Shown here: positions 1 to 12,605 of the stretch, piece by piece
How the letters are laid out: every line of letters begins with the position of its first letter
How positions within the stretch are numbered: position 1 is the first letter of the stretch
Origin: an uncultured beta proteobacterium
GTDB lineage: Bacteria > Pseudomonadota > Gammaproteobacteria > Burkholderiales > Casimicrobiaceae
Direction of reading: 5' to 3'
DNA: 64,000 nucleotides
NCBI GenBank assembly: GCA_963773195.1
Contig: CAVZAE010000002.1
Span: forward strand, 71,821-135,820
Program-made: the position numbers and the translations under genes
The notes under the pieces: generated by a model
Told to the model about the DNA's origin: nothing
Databases searched by the model: none
The model's input: the letters and a program-made list of their open reading frames with translations, nothing else

Positions 1-980
1 GTGCGCACCGCCGGCACCTGCGCACCTGCGAGCAGCACGTAGAGCGACGCAGCTACGACGCCGGCCAGTGCGCCGACCTGCCGCGCGGGCACGCGCGACG
101 TGAGACGCACGCTGCGGCGGGCGAGTACTCCAGCGAGCCCACCCGCGAGCGCCGCGAACACCGTGACATGGAGTCCCGAGATGCTGATGAGGTGCGTGAT
201 CCCGGTCCGATTGAAGACGCGCCACTGGTCGTCCGGGATCGCGTGCTCCTCACCGATCGTCAGCGCGACAATCACGCCGGCGTACGGCGCTCCCGGTAGC
301 GCGGCCAGGATGCGCGTGCGGAGCGCCGCTCGTGCGCGCTGGATGTAGTCGATGACGCGCCCGGCGAAGGGGGCGAGCCGCACGTTCGCCGCGTCGTCAC
401 GCACGTAGCCGGTCGCGCGGAATCCGTTCTCGAGCAGCCACGCCTCGACGTCGAAGCCGTGCGGGTTCACGGTGCCGTGCGGACGCTTGAGCCGGACCAC
501 GAGCCGCCAGCGCTCCCCCGCGGCGAGCGACGGTGGATCGGCGGGCGCGTCGTCCTTCGCGCGCGGCGCGTACCACACGAGCGACAGCTGCGGCGGAACG
601 ACGGCCCCCGCGGTCTCGACCCGTTCGACGGCGAACACGAAACGAGTCCCCAGCGCCCCGGGCTGGGGCAGTCCGTCAACGGCGCCTGTCACCGTGACGT
701 CGACACCCTCCCAGCTCGCCGGCAGCTCGTCGGCGAGTCGCGCGCCGGCACGATAGGCCGCGTAGCCGAAGCCGAAAGCGGCCGACGCGGCGGCCAACAT
801 CGCGGCAACGAGGGCCTCGAGCGCCCACGAACGCCACGCGGTGCGCCGCAACGCGCCGGCTGCGAGGCCCGTCATCGCGGCGCTGCCCAACCAGGGCGCA
901 GCGGGCGGCAGCGCGGGCTGCCATTGCAGCAGGACGGCGCCGGCGGCGCACGCGGCCAGCGCCAACGGCAGGGCACGCAT
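1..980 (-). CDS. comEC: ComEC/Rec2 DNA-internalisation (competence) protein, N-terminal part; gene continues beyond the left window edge
   Basis: Not in the ORF track because it has no stop in the window. The minus-strand frame is open from the window edge to ATG (complement of 978-980). Hand translation MRALPLALAACAAGAVLLQW...RLKRPHGTVNPHGFDVEAWLLENGFRATGYVRDD...FNRTGITHLISISGLHVTVFAAL shows the ComEC N-terminal (NPxGFD) and competence-domain (TGxxHLxxISGLH) signatures. Confidence 0.8.
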   Translation of the reverse strand, partial: MRALPLALAACAAGAVLLQWQPALPPAAPWLGSAAMTGLAAGALRRTAWRSWALEALVAAMLAAASAAFGFGYAAYRAGARLADELPASWEGVDVTVTGAVDGLPQPGALGTRFVFAVERVETAGAVVPPQLSLVWYAPRAKDDAPADPPSLAAGERWRLVVRLKRPHGTVNPHGFDVEAWLLENGFRATGYVRDDAANVRLAPFAGRVIDYIQRARAALRTRILAALPGAPYAGVIVALTIGEEHAIPDDQWRVFNRTGITHLISISGLHVTVFAALAGGLAGVLARRSVRLTSRVPARQVGALAGVVAASLYVLLAGAQVPAVR

Positions 981-1090
981 CGGAGCCTCCGCACCAACGA
1001 AGGTGCGCGGGCACGACTCTAGGCTCCGCGCCGATAGCGGGCCATCCGCCGAACGGACGAGGACCGGCGCTCAGTCGATGGTCTGGGACA

Positions 1091-1108
1091 GCCGACAGAG
1101 CTGTCGGC
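1091..1108 (-). terminator. Short GC hairpin downstream of the binding-protein gene (weak intrinsic terminator candidate)
   Basis: GCCGACAG-AG-CTGTCGGC inverted repeat, 24 nt past the stop of the 1132..2289 gene. There is no clear U-tract, so support is weak. Confidence 0.3.
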
Positions 1109-1131
1109 GAGACTAGTACTGATGGCGTCGG

Positions 1132-2289
1132 CTAGGGCTTGCCGGGGTCGCTCACGTTCTCGAACTTGTCGAACTCGACGTTCCAGAGCTCACCGTTCTT
1201 CTTCTCGACACGCCGCACGTAGATCGTCTGGACGATGTCGCGTTGCGGATCGATCGAGATCGGCCCGCGCGGGCTCTGGTGCTTCCACCCCTTCGCGACT
1301 TCCATCGCCTTGTCCGCGTCGATCTTGCCGTCGAGCTTGGCGATGATGTCATAGATGAGTGCCATGCCGTCGAAAGCCCCGACGGTCATGAAGTTCGGCC
1401 GGCCTGCGTCCGGCGCGACCTGCGCATACGCCTGCAGGAACGCCTTGTTCTCGGGCGAATCGTGCGCCGCCGAATAGTGGAAAGTCGTGATGAGCCCGAG
1501 CGCGGACTCTCCCATCGCATTCAACACGTGATCGTCGGTGACGTCGCCGGTCGCGATGGCCTTGATCCCCGCCTGCTCCAGTCCCCGCTCGGTGTAGGCC
1601 TTCATCACCGCGATGCTTTGCTGGCCTGCGGGCACGAAGATGAACAGCGCGTCCGGCTTGGCATCCTTCACGCGTTGGATGAATGGGCCGAAATCAGGGT
1701 TCTGGAGCGGCGTCCGGATCGATTCGACGACCTGCCCGCCACCCGCTGTGAACGTCTTCTTGAACGCTCCTTCCGCATCGTTGCCGGGACCGTAGTCTGC
1801 TACCAGCGTCACGACCTTCTTGATCCCGTTCTTCGCGGCCCACGTCCCGAGCGGCGCGCTGATCTGCGGCAGCGTCATCGAGGTGCGAGTGATGTACGGA
1901 GACTTCGTCGGAATGATCGAGGTCGCCGCGTTGAAAATCACCATCGGCTTCTTGGCCTGTGTCGCGACGTCGGCGACGGCCAGCGCCTCCGGCGTCAAAC
2001 CGAATCCGGCGAGGAAGTCCACGTTCTCCTGAACGACGAGCTCCTGCGCGACGCGTTTGGCCACCTCAGGCGAGGGACCCCCGGTGTCCTTGACGATGAC
2101 CTGGACCTTTCGCCCCGCGACCGTTTCGCCGCGGAGCTTCTGGAAGGCTTTCACCCCCGCCTCGAACTGCTTCCCGTAGTCGGCGAACGCCCCGGTGAAC
2201 GGGGCGATCACGCCGACCTTGATGGGTTGTTGCGCGAACACCGGGAAGGCGACGAGAACAGCGAAAATCGCCGCGACGAGCTTGGTCAT
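1132..2289 (-). CDS. ABC transporter periplasmic substrate-binding protein, branched-chain amino acid (LivJ/LivK-like) family
   Basis: 385-aa ORF with signal peptide MTKLVAAIFAVLVAFPVFAQQ followed by IKVGVIAPFTGAFADYGKQFEAGVKAF, typical of type I periplasmic binding proteins of the Leu/Ile/Val family. No partner permease or ATPase genes are in the window. Confidence 0.85.
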   Translation of the reverse strand: MTKLVAAIFAVLVAFPVFAQQPIKVGVIAPFTGAFADYGKQFEAGVKAFQKLRGETVAGRKVQVIVKDTGGPSPEVAKRVAQELVVQENVDFLAGFGLTPEALAVADVATQAKKPMVIFNAATSIIPTKSPYITRTSMTLPQISAPLGTWAAKNGIKKVVTLVADYGPGNDAEGAFKKTFTAGGGQVVESIRTPLQNPDFGPFIQRVKDAKPDALFIFVPAGQQSIAVMKAYTERGLEQAGIKAIATGDVTDDHVLNAMGESALGLITTFHYSAAHDSPENKAFLQAYAQVAPDAGRPNFMTVGAFDGMALIYDIIAKLDGKIDADKAMEVAKGWKHQSPRGPISIDPQRDIVQTIYVRRVEKKNGELWNVEFDKFENVSDPGKP

Positions 2290-2310
2290 GAAGGCCTCGT
2301 ATGGGGTGAT

Positions 2311-2335
2311 GGAAAAGACGGATCGTACCTTTTCC
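2311..2335 (-). terminator. Hairpin GGAAAAG-N11-CTTTTCC between the VOC gene and the binding-protein gene
   Basis: 7-bp inverted repeat in the 63-nt gap downstream of the VOC gene stop (2353). It could equally be part of the binding-protein 5' leader. Confidence 0.25.
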
Positions 2336-2352
2336 CGCCGCCGGCTCGCCCG

Positions 2353-2769
2353 CTAGTCGGGTGCGTCGACGTAGCGTGCGAGCTCGATCAGGTTGCCGTC
2401 GGGATCTCGGACATAGACCGATTCGATCGGCCCCAGCGCGCCGGTGCGAACAACGGGCCCCTCCTCGATCGGGACGCCGCATGCGGCGAGATGCGCGACG
2501 ACCGCGGCGGCGTTCTCGGCGACAATCAGGCACAGATCGGCGGAGCCCGGTGTCGGCCGCGCGGCGATCGCCGCGACGCTCGGACCGCCGCCCTCCGCGG
2601 CCTGCCCGACCGGATGCAGGTTGAGCTTCTGGCGTCCGAACGCGAGCGCCTTGCGGCTCGCGCCGAACGTAACTTCCTTCATGCCGAGCACTTCGGTGTA
2701 GAAGCGGATCGTCGCCCCGACGTCGCGACAGGTGAGCACGACGTGATCGATGCGCTCGACCGTCAGCAT
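2353..2769 (-). CDS. VOC family protein (glyoxalase/bleomycin-resistance/dioxygenase fold)
   Basis: Internal ATG (complement of 2767-2769) of ORF 2353..3207 gives MLTVERIDHVVLTCRDVGATIRFYTEVLGMKEVTF...VYVRDPDGNLIELARY, the classic VOC beta-alpha-beta-beta-beta pattern. The upstream part of the track ORF is Arg/Ser-rich junk overlapping the next gene. Confidence 0.8.
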   Translation of the reverse strand: MLTVERIDHVVLTCRDVGATIRFYTEVLGMKEVTFGASRKALAFGRQKLNLHPVGQAAEGGGPSVAAIAARPTPGSADLCLIVAENAAAVVAHLAACGVPIEEGPVVRTGALGPIESVYVRDPDGNLIELARYVDAPD

Positions 2770-2821
2770 CGGGGTCGTCCCGCGCCGAAGGCGGCCCGCG
2801 CGCGCATCGGCGGCCGCGGCT

Positions 2822-3256
2822 TCATCCCTTCGGCTTCGGCCACAACACCATCTGCGTGCAGCGGAAGAGCGCGATCGTCCCGCCATCCGCCTTCCGCGCG
2901 ACGGTGGCGTCCCATACCTGCGTGGTGCGGCCGAGGTGCACGGACTTCGCGACGCACGCGAGCGTGCCTTCCCGCGCGGTCCCGAGAAAGTTGGTCTTGA
3001 GCTCGATCGTCGTGAAACTCTCGGCGCCAGGCGGCAGGTGCGCGAGACACCCGTAACCGCAAGCCGTGTCGGCAAGCGCGATGACGGTGGCGGCGTGCAG
3101 GTAGCCGTTCGGCGCGAGCAGGTCGGGGCGGATATCGAGCTCGGCGACGACCTTTGACTCATCCACCGCGACCGCGCGAAACCCGACCAGACCTGGCAGC
3201 CGGCCATCGCCGCGATTTTTCATCGCATCGGCGGTGACGCCAGGGCGCAGCGCCAT
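2822..3256 (-). CDS. PaaI-family hotdog-fold thioesterase
   Basis: 144-aa ORF: LPGLVGFRAVAVDESKVVAELDIRPDLLAPNGYLHAATVIALADTACGY...HLGRTTQVWDATV matches the PaaI/YdiI 4HBT-type thioesterase pattern. It starts 6 nt after the alaS stop. Confidence 0.8.
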   Translation of the reverse strand: MALRPGVTADAMKNRGDGRLPGLVGFRAVAVDESKVVAELDIRPDLLAPNGYLHAATVIALADTACGYGCLAHLPPGAESFTTIELKTNFLGTAREGTLACVAKSVHLGRTTQVWDATVARKADGGTIALFRCTQMVLWPKPKG

Positions 3257-3261
3257 GGCGT

Positions 3262-5880
<2,619 letters not shown>

Positions 5881-5974
5881 GGCAGGCGAAACCAGCGGAG
5901 CCGACGGCGAGCCATCGGCAAAGCCGTTGATTTTACGCGGGAAGCAGCGCGGCCGCCAGTTTGCGGTCGCGGCG

Positions 5975-6430
5975 TCACTCGGCTGGCGGGTCGCGCAGGA
6001 GCCGCAGAATGGCCGACAGCGCGAATCCGCGGCTCTGCAGGAAGCGCACCTGCCGAGCCTTGTCGCGTTCATTCGCGGGCACCGCGCCGAAGCGACGGCG
6101 CCACAGCGCGACCATCACCTCGCGATCGTCGACGTCAGCGGTCGCAAGCGCGGCATCCGCGACGTCCGTGGCGACCCCCTTGGCTTTCAGGGACCCGGCG
6201 ATCGCCCGCCGGCTTTGCGTCCCGGCCTTGCGCGAAACCTCGGCCTGCGCGTATCTCTCGTCGGAGAGATAACCGAGCGCCGCGATCTCGTCGAGCGCGG
6301 CATCGGTTTCCTGTGGGACGGCGCCGGCGGCGACCAGCTTCGCACGCAGTTCGGCGCGCGAGTACTCGCGGCGAGCGAGCGCAGCGATGGCGCGCGCGCG
6401 GATCGATTTCGGCGGGCGGGCGGCCCGCAT
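5975..6430 (-). CDS. recX: RecA regulator RecX
   Basis: 151-aa ORF immediately downstream of rec[17 protein letters not shown]...[10 protein letters not shown]...ALWRRRFG...[13 protein letters not shown] is the three-repeat RecX pattern. Confidence 0.85.
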   Translation of the reverse strand: MRAARPPKSIRARAIAALARREYSRAELRAKLVAAGAVPQETDAALDEIAALGYLSDERYAQAEVSRKAGTQSRRAIAGSLKAKGVATDVADAALATADVDDREVMVALWRRRFGAVPANERDKARQVRFLQSRGFALSAILRLLRDPPAE

Positions 6431-6518
6431 GGCTGCCGCCGGGCTAGGACCTGTTAACGCTATGGGCGCAAACGCGGACGGGTGGCATCGGGTGCCAATC
6501 GAGGCGCCTCAACAGGCC

Positions 6519-7574
<1,056 letters not shown>

Positions 7575-7646
7575 GTCCTGTCTCCGAGTATCCCCCGGCG
7601 GCCTGGCGGCCGGGAAGGCGGGGAATTCGGCTGCGATCATGGCATA

Positions 7647-7659
7647 GAACGAACGTTCG
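7647..7659 (-). promoter_or_regulatory. Palindrome CGAACGTTCG / GAAC-N4-GTTC about 75-85 nt upstream of recA (candidate repressor box)
   Basis: Seen directly: AGAACGAACGTTCGA at 7646-7660, with two more GAAC tetramers at 7672 and 7680. No CTGT-N8-ACAG box is present in the recA upstream gap. Confidence 0.3.
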
Positions 7660-7710
7660 ACGCAACCCCCCGAACGGCCGAACCAGGTGGTGCGAAGCGC
7701 GACGGGTGCC

Positions 7711-8163
7711 CTAACCCTCGCCGGCCCGCTCGAGCAGCCCCCGCAGCGCTGCCGCGACCGACGCATCGCGCACGGCCGCCCGGTCGCCATCGAAGCGGCG
7801 CGATTCGGCGTCGATCCTCCCACCCCGGACGGCCCACGCGAACCAGACCAGACCCACAGGCTTGTCGGGCGTCCCGCCGGTGGGACCGGCGACCCCCGTC
7901 ACCGCGACGGCGACGTCGGCGCGGGTCCGGGCCAGTGCCCCGGCCACCATCTCGCGCGCAGTCGCTTCGCTCACGGCACCGAACCGCGCGATCGTCTCGG
8001 CCGCGACGCCCAGCAGTTCGACCTTCGCCTCGTCCGAATACGTGACGAAGCCGCGATCGAACCAGCCCGAGCTGCCGGCGACGTCGGTGATGGCGCCGGC
8101 GACGAGACCGCCGGTGCACGACTCGGCGGTGGCGAGCATCCATCTCGCGCTCAGCCAGCACAC
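7711..8163 (-). CDS. pncC: CinA-family nicotinamide-nucleotide amidohydrolase (PncC domain); N-terminus probably frameshifted
   Basis: ...[46 protein letters not shown] is the PncC/CinA C-domain signature. The expected N-terminus ([18 protein letters not shown]) lies in another frame starting at 8200. Confidence 0.75.
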   Translation of the reverse strand: MCWLSARWMLATAESCTGGLVAGAITDVAGSSGWFDRGFVTYSDEAKVELLGVAAETIARFGAVSEATAREMVAGALARTRADVAVAVTGVAGPTGGTPDKPVGLVWFAWAVRGGRIDAESRRFDGDRAAVRDASVAAALRGLLERAGEG

Positions 8164-8204
8164 GTCCGACGTTGATGGCCAGCGGCGTCGGTATCTTCAT
8201 CCCG

Positions 8205-8993
8205 TCATTCGCAACGTCCCGGCAGCCCGCGATAGTGATACGCGTAGACAGTCGCGAAACCGAGCTTGCGGTAGATAGTGAGTGCCGGTGCGTTGTCGGC
8301 GCTTACCTGCAAGTACGCCGCGTGCGCGCCGTGCTGCCACGCCCAGGAGAGAAGCGAAGTGCACGCCAGGGTCGCGTAGCCATTACCGCGCGCCGCCTCT
8401 GCGGTCACGACATCGTAGACGCCGGCAAGGCCGTCCTCGACTGCGGCCTGCGCTGCGCAAACGACGGTACCCTCGGCGCGCACCGCAATGCAGCGCTTGT
8501 CGAGCGGCGAGTTTGCGATACGCTCCCGATGCGCGTCGCGCTGCGCGACCGGCGATTGGCGAAGCTCGCCGACCGCTTCGACGAACGCATCGGCGCCGAG
8601 CGCCTCGATCGCGACTCCGTCGGCGGTCTCGGGAATCTCCGGCGCGCAGGGCAGCGCGGTCACCTGCACGAGTGTCTCGTCGAACGCCTCGTAGCCGCGT
8701 AACGCGAGCGTCGCTTCGAGATCCGTCGGCCGATCGAAAGGCGTCATCCGGAACAGCGGCGGAAGTCCGTGTTGCGCGTAGACGCTCTCGCAGTGTCCGA
8801 TCTTGCGCACGAGCGGCAAGGTGGAGCCGAAGAACGCGTTGACGCTGCGCGCGCGCTTCGCCTTTCCCGCGGACAGCCGCAGGACCCAGCCGTCGTAGAA
8901 AAGCTGGCGCTGCGTCTGGAGCGCGTTCAACCCGGCCTGCTCGATCTGCCGCGGATCGACCGGTGAGCGGCGGTTCGCGTCGTCGTGCGTCAT
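8205..8993 (-). CDS. GNAT-family N-acetyltransferase
   Basis: Internal ATG (complement of 8991-8993) of the composite ORF 8205..10166 gives 262 aa. The C-terminal part, GVYDVVTAEAARGNGYATLACTSLLSWAWQHGAHAAYLQVSADNAPALTIYRKLGF, is the acetyl-CoA-binding GNAT core. The ATG overlaps the pgpA TGA (ATGA). Confidence 0.75.
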   Translation of the reverse strand: MTHDDANRRSPVDPRQIEQAGLNALQTQRQLFYDGWVLRLSAGKAKRARSVNAFFGSTLPLVRKIGHCESVYAQHGLPPLFRMTPFDRPTDLEATLALRGYEAFDETLVQVTALPCAPEIPETADGVAIEALGADAFVEAVGELRQSPVAQRDAHRERIANSPLDKRCIAVRAEGTVVCAAQAAVEDGLAGVYDVVTAEAARGNGYATLACTSLLSWAWQHGAHAAYLQVSADNAPALTIYRKLGFATVYAYHYRGLPGRCE

Positions 8994-9479
8994 GCGAGGA
9001 CCCGCTGTCCCAGGGCGAAAACCAGCACCGTATAGCCGGCCGCGAGGAGATCGTCGAGCATCACGCCGACGCCGTTCTTGAGCGCGCGGTCGAGCTGCCG
9101 GATCGGCGGCGGCTTCACGATGTCGAAGAAGCGAAAGAGCACAAACGCCACCGCGATCCGCAGCGGTCCGGCATCGACCAGCCACAGCACGAGCAGGAAT
9201 GCGACCACTTCGTCGATCACAATCGCGCCGTGATCGGGCACCCCGAGCGCGCGCCCGGTGAGCTCGGCCGCCCAGACCCCCGCAAGCCCGAGCACGACGA
9301 TCGCGGCCGCGAAGACAGCGTCGGAGGCATACAGCCGAAGCACCGCGGCGAGCGGGATGGCAACCACGCGTGCCGAACGTACCGGGCGCGACGGGCGCCA
9401 GCCCTGCGCCAAAGCCCAGCGCGATGAAGTGCGCCGGATGACTGACGAGGAACCGCAGCGTCGGCGCGCTCGCCGTCAT
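8990..9479 (-). pseudogene. pgpA: Phosphatidylglycerophosphatase A, interrupted by a +1 frame switch near 9367-9372
   Basis: N-terminus MTASAPTLRFLVSHPAHFIALGFGAGLAPVAPGTFGT (one frame, ATG = complement of 9477-9479, overlapping the thiL TGA) continues as VVAIPLAAV...GVPDHGAIVIDEVVAFLLVLW...FRFFDIVKPPPIRQLDR...GVMLDDLLAAGY in ORF 8990..9412. The span is 490 nt (3n+1). Confidence 0.8.
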
Positions 9480-10450
9480 TGCGCCGCGAAATGGTCGTAA
9501 GCGTGCGGCAGCGTCGCTAGCCGTGTTCCGCGTTCGTCGAGGACGACGAGACCGGGCTCTCGCACGATCGCGCCGATTCGCGCGAGCGGCAACGGCAGCA
9601 CGGCGGCGATCGCCTCGATCTGCTGCGCGGCCGAGCGCGGCGCAGTGAACAGGAGCTCGTAGTCGTCGCCGCCGGCGAGCAGGCACTGCAGCGCCAGCGC
9701 GCGATCGCTCCCCGCGAGCTTCGCTGCGAGTGCGTTGGAACGCGGAATCGCGGCGAGCTCGACGTGCGCACCCACGTGCGAGCGATCGAGAACATGATCC
9801 AGATCGCCGACAAGCCCGTCCGAGACATCGATCGCGGCTGTCGCGATTCCGCGTAGAGCAAGGCCGAGCGCGATGCGCGGTTGCGGGCGCTCGAGATGCG
9901 CCTGGCACGTTGCCAGCGCATCGGCGGCGAGTGTCGTGCGGCCGCCGAGCGCGGCGAGCGCGAGCGCGGCATCGCCAAGCGGTCCCGAGACCCAGACGTC
10001 GTCGCCCGGCCTCGCGTGACCCCGCGTGAGCGCCTGGCCCACAGGCACTTCGCCCATGATCGTGACGCAGAGGTTGCGCGGGCCTCGCGTCGTGTCGCCG
10101 CCGATCAGATCGACGCCGTTCGCGTCGGCAAGCGCGAGGAATCCGCGTGCGAACGCTGCGAGCCACGCGGGATCGGCGTCCGGCAGCGCGCCCGCCAGAA
10201 GCGCCCAGCGCGGCGTCGCTCCCATCGCGGCCAGGTCCGAGAGGTTGACTGCGAGCGTCTTGTGGCCGAGCGCCTCGGGATCCGCGCTCGCGGCGAAGTG
10301 CCGCCCCTCGACCAGCATGTCGGTGGAGATGGCGACTTCGCAGCCCGGCGTGGGTTCGATCAGCGCGGCGTCATCGCCGACGCCGAGCGCGACCGATCGC
10401 GACCGCGGCGGTCGCGTGAAATAGCGCGCGATCAGCTCGAATTCGTTCAC
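9476..10450 (-). CDS. thiL: Thiamine-monophosphate kinase
   Basis: 324 aa: MNEFELIARYF...GVGDDAALIEP...AISTDMLVEGRHF...GHKTLAVNLSDLAAMGATP is the ThiL/AIR-synthase-related N-domain. Confidence 0.9.
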   Translation of the reverse strand: MNEFELIARYFTRPPRSRSVALGVGDDAALIEPTPGCEVAISTDMLVEGRHFAASADPEALGHKTLAVNLSDLAAMGATPRWALLAGALPDADPAWLAAFARGFLALADANGVDLIGGDTTRGPRNLCVTIMGEVPVGQALTRGHARPGDDVWVSGPLGDAALALAALGGRTTLAADALATCQAHLERPQPRIALGLALRGIATAAIDVSDGLVGDLDHVLDRSHVGAHVELAAIPRSNALAAKLAGSDRALALQCLLAGGDDYELLFTAPRSAAQQIEAIAAVLPLPLARIGAIVREPGLVVLDERGTRLATLPHAYDHFAAQ

Positions 10451-10515
10451 GGGTCAGACAGGCGCGACGAGCACTGCCGCGAGCCCTGACGGCATGCCCC
10501 GTAACGATTCATGGC

Positions 10516-10974
10516 TCAGCCGGCCGCGCCGGCCGCGCGCTCTTCGGCAAGCGCGCGGATCTCGTCGGCACGCAGCGCGCCCGCGAGCTTGTCGAGCACG
10601 CCGTTGACGAACTTGTGCCCGTCGGTCCCGCCGTAGGATTTCGCGAGCTCGACGGCCTCGTTGATGACCACGCGATAGGGAATCTCGGGACGCTCGGCGA
10701 GCTCCCATGCGCCGATCACGAGGATCGCCCGCTCAACCGGCGAGAGCTCGGCCACACCCCGGTCGAGCCACGGCGCGAAGCGGGCGACGAGTGCGTCGTA
10801 GTCCGCGGTCACGCCGCTCCAGAGCGCTTCGAAATACGAGGCATCGGCCCGCGCGAAGCCGCTCGCATCGGCGATCTGCGCGTGGATCGCCGCCGGCGCA
10901 TTGCCCGAGAGCTGGCGCTGGTAGAGGCCTTGCAGCGCGAGCTCGCGCGCCCGGCGCCGCGGATTAGATCTCAT
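10516..10974 (-). CDS. nusB: Transcription antitermination factor NusB
   Basis: 152 aa: RRRARELALQGLYQ...ERAILVIGAWEL...IPYRVVINEAVELAKSYGGTDGHKFVNGVLDKLA. Canonical position after ribH. Confidence 0.93.
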   Translation of the reverse strand: MRSNPRRRARELALQGLYQRQLSGNAPAAIHAQIADASGFARADASYFEALWSGVTADYDALVARFAPWLDRGVAELSPVERAILVIGAWELAERPEIPYRVVINEAVELAKSYGGTDGHKFVNGVLDKLAGALRADEIRALAEERAAGAAG

Positions 10975-11431
10975 CGATCGCGTCGAGCAGGTTGGCGAGC
11001 TCGAGCGCGGCCTGGGCCGCCTCGAAGCCCTTGGTGTCGGCGCGCGCGCGCGCCTGCTCTTCCGTGTCCGTCGTCAGGATGCCGTTGCCGACGGGAATCC
11101 CGAACTCGAGCTGGACGCCGGCGACGCCGGAGGCCGATTCGTTGGCGACGATCTCGAAGTGGTAGGTCTCGCCGCGAATCACGGCGCCGAGCGCGACGAG
11201 CGCATCGCAATCGCCCGCCTGCGCGAGTCGCTGCAGCGCAAGGGGCGCTTCCAGCGCGCCGGGAACGGTGACAACGACGATGTCGCGCTCGGCGACTCCC
11301 GCTTCCGCGCATGCGCGCAGGGCGCCCGCGAGCAGCGTCTCGCCGATCGGGGCGTTGAAGCGCGCCACGACGATGCCGACGCGCCGGCCGTCGCCGGACG
11401 CGTTGGGAGCGATGCGCTTCAGCTCGGACAT
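10964..11431 (-). CDS. ribH: 6,7-dimethyl-8-ribityllumazine synthase
   Basis: 155 aa: VGIVVARFNAPIGETLLAGA...VTVPGALEAPLA...ALGAVIRGETYHFEIVANESA...GNGILTTDTEEQA. Confidence 0.93.
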   Translation of the reverse strand: MSELKRIAPNASGDGRRVGIVVARFNAPIGETLLAGALRACAEAGVAERDIVVVTVPGALEAPLALQRLAQAGDCDALVALGAVIRGETYHFEIVANESASGVAGVQLEFGIPVGNGILTTDTEEQARARADTKGFEAAQAALELANLLDAIDEI

Positions 11432-11440
11432 GAGGAGTGC

Positions 11441-12547
11441 CTACGACGCCTTCCGCAGCGGCGGCGGCTCGACATACCCCGTGACCTCGAGGTCGAAGCC
11501 CGCCATGCTCGGCATCTTGCGCGCCTTCGCCATGAGGCGCATGCGGCGCACGTTGAGATCGCGGAGGATCTGCGCGCCGATCCCGTAGTTGCGGAGGTCG
11601 ACCTTCGACGACACCGCCGGCGTGTCGGCGATCGCGCGCTGCCGGAGTTCGTGCGCGCTTTCGGGCCGGTGCAGCAGCACGAGCACGCCGCGACCCTCCT
11701 CTGCGATGGCCGCAAGCGCCGCGGGAATCGTCCACGAATGCGTCGTGCCCGCCAGGTCGAGCAGATCCATCACCGAAACGGGCTCGTGGACGCGGACGAG
11801 CGTCTCGGTGTCGGGCGACAGCGGCCCGCGCACGAGCACGAGGTGCGTCGCATCGGTCAGCTTGTCCCGATAGACGACCAGGCGGAATGCGCCGTGCGCG
11901 GTCGTGAGCGGACGCTCGGCGATCCGCTCGACCAGGGTTTCGGTGCGGCTCCGGTAATGGATCAGATCGGTGATCGTACCGATTTTGAGGGCGTGCGCCT
12001 GCGCGAACTCGAGCAGGTCGGGCAGGCGCGCCATCGTCCCGTCGTCGTTCATGATCTCGCAGAGAACCGCCGACGGGTTGAGTCCGGCGAGCCGCATCAG
12101 GTCGCAGCAGGCTTCGGTGTGGCCCGCCCGGACAAGGACACCGCCGGGTTGTGCAATCAACGGAAAAACATGGCCCGGTTGCACGATGTCGTCGGGCGCT
12201 GCGTCGGGCCGCGAGGCCACCCGCACCGTGCGCGCGCGGTCGGCAGCCGAGATCCCCGTCGTGATGCCTTCCGCCGCCTCGATCGACACCGTGAAATTGG
12301 TGCCGTGAACCGAGCGATTGTTCGGCGTCATCGGCGGCAGCCGCAGCCGCTGCGCGTGCTCGGCCGTGATCGGCATGCAGATCAGGCCGCGGCCGTGCTT
12401 CGCGAGGAAGTTGATCTTCTCCGGCGTGACGAAGTCGGCGGAGAACACGAGATCACCTTCGTTCTCGCGATCCTCTTCGTCGACGAGGATGACCATCCGC
12501 CCGGCCTTGAGGTCGGCGACGATATCCGTGGTCGGGCTCAAGGTCAT
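11441..12547 (-). CDS. ribBA: Bifunctional 3,4-dihydroxy-2-butanone-4-phosphate synthase / GTP cyclohydrolase II-like protein
   Basis: 368 aa: [45 protein letters not shown]...GHVFPL (DHBP synthase half) followed by a GCH-II-like C-terminal half. Confidence 0.93.
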   Translation of the reverse strand: MTLSPTTDIVADLKAGRMVILVDEEDRENEGDLVFSADFVTPEKINFLAKHGRGLICMPITAEHAQRLRLPPMTPNNRSVHGTNFTVSIEAAEGITTGISAADRARTVRVASRPDAAPDDIVQPGHVFPLIAQPGGVLVRAGHTEACCDLMRLAGLNPSAVLCEIMNDDGTMARLPDLLEFAQAHALKIGTITDLIHYRSRTETLVERIAERPLTTAHGAFRLVVYRDKLTDATHLVLVRGPLSPDTETLVRVHEPVSVMDLLDLAGTTHSWTIPAALAAIAEEGRGVLVLLHRPESAHELRQRAIADTPAVSSKVDLRNYGIGAQILRDLNVRRMRLMAKARKMPSMAGFDLEVTGYVEPPPLRKAS

Positions 12548-12605
12548 GGCGGGTGCGCGGACGGCGAAACCCGCATTTTACCCTCGCCCGCGGCTCGCGC
12601 CGCGA

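Noticed and set aside
5881-6072. 64-codon N-terminal extension of alaS, and similar 5' extensions of recA, gcdH, typA, the dctP-like gene, the FAH gene and ridA
   Set aside because: The extensions are Arg/Cys/Ser-rich, overlap upstream genes or promoters, and precede canonical family N-termini that begin at internal ATGs, often with Shine-Dalgarno sequences.
8205-10166. 653-aa minus-strand ORF
   Set aside because: This composite contains the out-of-frame thiL region, the pgpA N-terminus and the GNAT gene. Only the last 262 codons (GNAT) and a 37-codon pgpA segment are meaningful.
12548-12605. FMN riboswitch upstream of ribBA, and likewise upstream of ribD
   Set aside because: Only 58 nt (ribBA) and 19 nt (ribD) are available, which is too short for an RFN element. 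No conserved FMN-aptamer sequence was seen.
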